From a virus (lineage: Duplodnaviria; Caudoviricetes): DNA of 59,888 nt. The stretch is taken from positions 1 to 59,888 of IMG/VR virus record IMGVR_UViG_3300037461_000559; one strand, 5' to 3'. How positions within the stretch are numbered: position 1 is the first letter of the stretch; each line of letters opens with the position of its first letter. Shown here piece after piece: positions 55,435 through 59,888 of the stretch. A program made the translations under genes and the position numbers. The notes under the pieces are model-generated. The model did not search any database, was not told where the DNA came from, and worked only from the letters and a program-made list of their open reading frames with translations.

Positions 55435-56030
55435 CCCCCAGGCCCCCGGGCCCCCAGCCCAGCGGGGCGCGCCCGGGCCTGGCCGGCCACGGGCAAGCGG
55501 AGCCCCAGGCCCCCAGCCCAGCGGAGCCCCCAGGGCCCCCGGCGCGCGGGGCGCGCCCGGGCCTGGCCGGCCACGGGCAAGCGGAGCCCCAGGGCCCCAG
55601 CCCAGCGGAGCCCCCAGGGCCCCCGGCGCGCGGGGCGCGCCCGGGCCTGGCCGGCCACGGGCAAGCGGAGCCCCTGGGCCCCAGCCCAGCGGAGCCCCCA
55701 GGGCCCCCGGCGCGCGGGGCGCGCCCGGGCCTGGCCGGCCACGGGCAAGCGGAGCCCCAGGCCCCCAGCCCAGCGGAGCCCCCAGGGCCCCCGGCGCGCG
55801 GGGCGCGCGCGGGCCTGGCCGGCCACGGGCAAGCGGAGCCCCTGGGCCCCAGCCCAGCGGAGCCCCCAGGGCCCCCGGCGCGCGGGGCGCGCGCGGGCCT
55901 GGCCGGCCACGGGCAAGCGGAGCCCCTGGGCCCCAGCCCAGCGGAGCCCCCAGGGCCCCCGGCGCGCGGGGCGCGCCCGGGCCTGGCCGGCCACGGGCAA
56001 GCGGAGCCCCTGGGCCCCAGCGGGCCCCAG
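55435..56030. repeat. 84-bp very GC-rich tandem repeat, ~7 copies
   Basis: GCGCGC(C/G)CGGGCCTGGCCGGCCACGGGCAAGCGGAGCCCC.. recurring at 55467, 55551, 55635, 55719, 55803, 55887, 55971. Confidence 0.96.
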
Positions 56031-56045
56031 GCCCGGCCCTGGGCT

Positions 56046-56318
56046 TTATATCCCTATTTGATCCGGATTTTGGCATATCAGGCCCCCCAGCGGGCCGGCC
56101 ACGGCCGCGCGGATTGCACGGCGCGCAACCGTTGCGGGGCTTTCCCCCGTGGCCAGCGGACAATACAAGGCCCGCAAGGTTTCAACCGATTGCGCCCGGG
56201 CCCGTAAATCCCCCGGCGCATTCCCCCGCGCGGTTTTGATTATCTGGATCCATAGGGCGCACGGATCCAGACAATACCCTAGCCGGAATTCCGGAGCCGA
56301 CAATCTACGGGCGCGCAT
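56046..56318 (-). CDS. Hypothetical protein
   Basis: ATG 56318 just after the previous stop; weak support. Confidence 0.35.
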   Translation of the reverse strand: MRARRLSAPEFRLGYCLDPCALWIQIIKTARGNAPGDLRARAQSVETLRALYCPLATGESPATVARRAIRAAVAGPLGGLICQNPDQIGI

Positions 56319-56322
56319 GGTT

Positions 56323-56481
56323 TCACCCAAGCGGGGCCGGCTCTGCACCGGAGCCCCCGCACCGTTTGCACGGCGCGCCGGTTTCCTCTGTTTTTTCCCC
56401 CAGGCAACCAATACATATAAACGGGCTTTCCAGTAAATCCCGCGCGGTTTCAATTTTTTTGGTTTCCGTTTCCGGGCTCAT
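56323..56481 (-). CDS. Small zinc-finger protein (52 aa)
   Basis: AAGGGGG RBS; CIGCLG..CKRCGGSG, translated by hand. Confidence 0.55.
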   Translation of the reverse strand: MSPETETKKIETARDLLESPFICIGCLGEKTEETGAPCKRCGGSGAEPAPLG

Positions 56482-56503
56482 ATAATCCCCCTTTAAGATT
56501 TAC

Positions 56504-56541
56504 AAAAAGCCCGGGCCGGCCATGGTAGCCGACCCGGGCTT
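56504..56541 (-). terminator. Intrinsic terminator after the clamp-like gene
   Basis: AAGCCCGGGTCGGCT-ACCAT-GGCCGGCCCGGGCTT-TTT on the minus strand. Confidence 0.7.
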
Positions 56542-56566
56542 GCGCAACGGGCAAAACGCGGGCCGG

Positions 56567-58060
56567 CTAGTTAATCCGCATGGGCATCAAAACCCCGATC
56601 CTGGTTTGATCCTGCGCCACGCTGGGATTAATCGCGGAATGCCCCCGGATCACAGTATTAGGATCCCAGCCCGCACGGGCCAAATCCCGCAAATAGAACG
56701 GGTTAAAAGCAATCGCAAAATCATCCGGTTGCGCGTGCGTGAATTCAACCGGGAATTCAACCGCGCCGTGCTCCGGGTTGCTATATTGCATTTTGCGATC
56801 CGATGCAATCAATTTAACAGAATTTGCCTTGTCAAAATCCGGAACGGCTTTGATGATGCAATCCGTAGCCGTGCGCACCGTGGCCAAATCAACCCCGAAA
56901 TTCGCATGATCCAAATCGTTTGGGATAATTTGCGCCGGATCCGGAAACTTTCCATCTATCAACCGCGTGAAAATTTCAAGAGCCCAGCGCGCGCCCGTAT
57001 TGTCAAGAGCCGTGAAATAAAAACGGGCTTGCGTTGAAACCTTTTCATTTTTACCAGAATACAGGCCGATCACGGGCTGGATTTCAAAAAGCCCGGAGCC
57101 GTAAAACCGATTAATCAATTTTACGGCTTGCTCCGGAATGATCACGCCCTGGGCCTGAATTTCGTTCGGGGAATTCCAAGAAACCAGGCCAGCGCAACGG
57201 TGCAACCGCCGGCCATCCGTGGCCGTGATGGTCCCCGCGTTGTCAATATGCAAGCCGTTCAAAACAAAACGATTTTGATCGTCCGAAATTGCCAGGGAAA
57301 CCCAGGCCAGATCATCCGCCGGCCCCGTCAAAACCCCGCGCCCGTCAAAACCATCCCCGCACGGAATGCAAGGAAAATCATCCGCTGCAAGTACGGCCGC
57401 AAGGATACCAGACCCGGGCAAGTTATAGTTTGAAACCGTAGCCGGATCTATGGCCGTGGCCGGATTATCATACAAGGTAGCAAAATCCGCCGGCCCGTTT
57501 GCAGGGCGCAAGGCCACGGCCGGCCCCGTGATAAGCGGGCGCGGGGCCGTGATTCGGATGGACGTTTCCAGCGTGGTATAAGTGATCTGGGGGCCCTGGA
57601 TCAAGCCGTATTGCAGGATCGGCAACGTGCTTTTTTTGGAAAACATTTTCAGGCCCCCTAGGATTTTGGAAAAGAGCACAGCCGGGGCCGGGGCCTTTTT
57701 GGCCCGCGCCGCGCCACGCGGGGCCCTGGGCTCCCGGGCCTTGCGCGTTTTCTTTTCGGGCTCCGGCTCCGCAACGGCCACGGGCTCCGGCTCCGCAACG
57801 GTTTCCGCAACCGGCTCCGGGCCCGGAACGTGCGCGATCACGGTGGATCCATAGGAAACCACAAGGGGCTCCACGGCCACGGGCTCCACGGCCACGGGCT
57901 CCACGGCCACGGGCTCCACGGCCACGGGCGCGGGCTCCGGCTCCGCAACGGCCACGGGCGCGGGCTGGGCCTGGGCCTGGATCACGCGCGCCACGGTTTC
58001 CGCGATTAGGTTTGACAGGGTTTCCGGACTAATCTGGATCATTCCGTTTTCCGTTTTCAT
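56567..58060 (-). CDS. DNA polymerase III beta-clamp-like protein with a Pro/Glu/Val/Ala-rich N-terminal extension
   Basis: KSTLPIL, SDDQNRFVLNGL, ATDGRRL, GVIIP, RLIDGKFPD, IAFNPFYLRD, VLMPMRI. Confidence 0.8.
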   Translation of the reverse strand: MKTENGMIQISPETLSNLIAETVARVIQAQAQPAPVAVAEPEPAPVAVEPVAVEPVAVEPVAVEPLVVSYGSTVIAHVPGPEPVAETVAEPEPVAVAEPEPEKKTRKAREPRAPRGAARAKKAPAPAVLFSKILGGLKMFSKKSTLPILQYGLIQGPQITYTTLETSIRITAPRPLITGPAVALRPANGPADFATLYDNPATAIDPATVSNYNLPGSGILAAVLAADDFPCIPCGDGFDGRGVLTGPADDLAWVSLAISDDQNRFVLNGLHIDNAGTITATDGRRLHRCAGLVSWNSPNEIQAQGVIIPEQAVKLINRFYGSGLFEIQPVIGLYSGKNEKVSTQARFYFTALDNTGARWALEIFTRLIDGKFPDPAQIIPNDLDHANFGVDLATVRTATDCIIKAVPDFDKANSVKLIASDRKMQYSNPEHGAVEFPVEFTHAQPDDFAIAFNPFYLRDLARAGWDPNTVIRGHSAINPSVAQDQTRIGVLMPMRIN

Positions 58061-58194
58061 TTTAATTTTCCCCGCTTTCTTTTTGATTTTTTTCGGCTTT
58101 CAAATCCTGCAAAATCGGAACGATTAAACTTAAAAGCATCACCCCCAGCGTGCAAAAAATTTGGATCATCCGCAAGGTTTCCACGGCTTGCCCC

Positions 58195-58521
58195 TTATAG
58201 CCACGAATGCCGCAAAAAATCCTGATAAGGGGGCCCGGGCTTTTTCTTGTTATAGGGCCCGTATGCAGCGCAATAAATCACATAGGCCAGATGGAAACCC
58301 ATATCCATGCCGCAACCGGAAACCGGGGCCCGATATGCCAAGCAAACAGGATTGTTTTTGATGATGATAAAAGCGGATATTTTGCGGAACATACCAGACC
58401 GGGAAACGTGGTTCAATACAGTATAGATCCGCACGGACCCGGACTTGCGGGGATACGGGTAAAACTCCCGCAACCGCTGCGCCGCGTTGTCTATGGTTTC
58501 ATCCCATTTTGATTTACGCAT
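58195..58521 (-). CDS. Hypothetical phage protein
   Basis: YTVLNHVSRSGMFRKIS..VSGCGMDMGFHL. Confidence 0.8.
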   Translation of the reverse strand: MRKSKWDETIDNAAQRLREFYPYPRKSGSVRIYTVLNHVSRSGMFRKISAFIIIKNNPVCLAYRAPVSGCGMDMGFHLAYVIYCAAYGPYNKKKPGPPYQDFLRHSWL

Positions 58522-58533
58522 GGCCGGCCCCCT

Positions 58534-58878
58534 TTAATTGCACGCCGCAACCGTTGCGGCAATATCCCGCACGGTTTGCAGCGCATAATTGCGGAGCAAA
58601 GCCCGCACCGTTGCCAGGGCCCAGGCCGGCCCGCGCCGGGAATAGGCCCGCGCGTATTCCGTGCGGAGCCCGTGCGCGTATTCGGCCACCGTGCCCAGAT
58701 ACGCGCGCCACGCGGCAAGCATGATCGGATCCTGGGGCTGGACGTTTTCCACGGTGCAAGCGCGCCAAAATGACGTTTTCACCAAAACACGCCACGCCGC
58801 GCGCCGGTTTGCCTGGGCCCTGGGGCCCCCAGGCCTGGGGGCCAAATGCGGCCCCGGTTTCCGTTTCCTTGTTTCCAT
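58534..58878 (-). CDS. Hypothetical protein
   Basis: GAAAGCGGGGAAAG RBS; first ORF after the promoter. Confidence 0.55.
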   Translation of the reverse strand: METRKRKPGPHLAPRPGGPRAQANRRAAWRVLVKTSFWRACTVENVQPQDPIMLAAWRAYLGTVAEYAHGLRTEYARAYSRRGPAWALATVRALLRNYALQTVRDIAATVAACN

Positions 58879-58929
58879 TTTGCTTTCCCCGCTTTCCCCG
58901 GCTCATGGCCGGTTTGTTATGTTACCTTT

Positions 58930-58958
58930 ACCATAACATAAGTTTATAAACTTGTCAA
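58930..58958 (-). promoter_or_regulatory. Promoter TTGACA-17-TATGGT (extended -10)
   Basis: tgtcaa at 58953-58958 and accata at 58930-58935; A/T tract like that at 2345-2365. Confidence 0.75.
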
Positions 58959-59111
58959 GCCCCTTTTTTAAGTTTTTTTAATTTATTTATGATGCAACCG
59001 ATCCCCCCATGATCCCTAGAATTTTGGGCCCCCCTTGCGGATTTTTTACCACCTTGCCATTAAAAAGCCCCGCGAAAAAAGCCCCCGGATCCCCCAGCCC
59101 GCGCCATGTTT

Positions 59112-59262
59112 CCCGGGCCCGCTGCGCACCGTTTCCAGAGCCCCGGCCAGGCCCCCAGGCCCGCGCCGGCCGTGCCACGGGAAACCAGGCCCCAGCCCCA
59201 GAACCCAGCGGAGCCCCCAGGAAAACCCCGCGCGCCCGGGCCCGCTGCGCACCGTTTCCAGA
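59112..59262. repeat. 28-bp direct repeat CCCGGGCCCGCTGCGCACCGTTTCCAGA (period 123) in a GC-rich non-coding tract
   Basis: Copies at 59112-59139 and 59235-59262. Confidence 0.85.
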
Positions 59263-59360
59263 ATGCCCAGGGCTGGGCCTGGGGACCGCGCGGCCGCGCC
59301 ACGGAAACCAGGCCCCCGGCGCGCGCCGGCCGGCCCCGTGCGAAAAGCCCCCGGGCCCTG

Positions 59361-59403
59361 AAAATAATTTCTAGGGTATGAATTCCCCGACAATATGGCC
59401 ACC
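59361..59403. repeat. 43-bp element, copy 2
   Basis: Matches 55316-55358 except in the 5-nt variable segment. Confidence 0.92.
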
Positions 59404-59443
59404 TAATAAGGGGATCCTTGCGGGTTGGCTATGTTTTCTATAT

Positions 59444-59888
59444 TCTGGGCCCGCTGGGCTCTGGGCCCGCTGGGCTCTGGGCCCGCTGGGCTCTGGGCCC
59501 GCTGGGCTCTGGGCCCGCTGGGCTCTGGGCCCGCTGGGCCTGGGGCCCGCTGGGCCTGGGGCCCGCTGGGCCTGGGGCCCGCTGGGCTCTGGGCCCGCTG
59601 GGCCTGGGGCCCGCTGGGCCTGGGGCCCGCTGGGCCTGGGGCCCGCTGGGCCTGGGGCCCGCTGGGCTCTGGGCCCGCTGGGCCTGGGGCCCGCTGGGCC
59701 TGGGGCCCGCTGGGCCTGGGGCCCGCTGGGCTCTGGGCCCGCTGGGCCTGGGGCCCGCTGGGCCTGGGGCCCGCTGGGCCTGGGGCCCGCTGGGCCTGGG
59801 GCCCGCTGGGCTCTGGGCCCGCTGGGCCTGGGGCCCGCTGGGCCTGGGGCCCGCTGGGCCTGGGCCCGCTGGGCTCTGGGCCCGCTGG
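59444..59888. repeat. 16-bp tandem repeat GGGCCCGCTGGGC(CTG/TCT), ~27 copies
   Basis: Two unit variants interspersed; one 15-nt unit near 59860. Confidence 0.97.

Noticed and set aside
55435-56030. CRISPR array
   Set aside because: Units are near-identical throughout, with no unique spacers and no cas genes; the same applies to the 16-bp and 52/61-bp arrays
55233-56239. Long ORFs in several frames across the 84-bp array
   Set aside because: Artefacts of a stop-free GC-rich repeat with period divisible by 3; no RBS or credible protein
1-59888. Alternative genetic code, introns or inteins
   Set aside because: Core genes are full-length and of normal size under the standard code

Overview
This window looks like a near-complete ~60 kb genome of a tailed phage with a contractile tail. 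Both ends break inside the same 16-bp GC-rich tandem repeat, so the genome is probably circular or circularly permuted. The plus strand from ~4.4 to 34 kb carries packaging genes (ParB-like, TerS, an M15 endolysin, TerL), an HK97-type head and a Mu-like tail and baseplate. That tail has a large tailspike and three paralogous short fibres. The plus strand from 34 to 46.5 kb carries replication genes (SNF2 helicase, SSB-like, AEP primase, UvrD helicase, Dam-type MTase, PolA, a nuclease, an HTH protein and a Maf/MptE-like enzyme). The minus strand from 46.5 to 59 kb and 0.2 to 2.3 kb holds many small accessory genes under sigma70-type promoters, including RlpA-like, TROVE/vWA (Ro60-like, DUF2828-type) and beta-clamp-like genes. 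No integrase, transposase, tRNA or CRISPR array was recognised. The most striking unexplained signals are: (1) two tandem structured non-coding units sharing TAACAGCAAC, between a consensus promoter and the Ro60-like gene; (2) small genes framed by duplicated RBS/start junction sequences, like cassettes; (3) a duplicated control block followed by GC-rich tandem repeats, with DnaA boxes beside one copy. All family assignments are from motif recognition by eye, not database searches.
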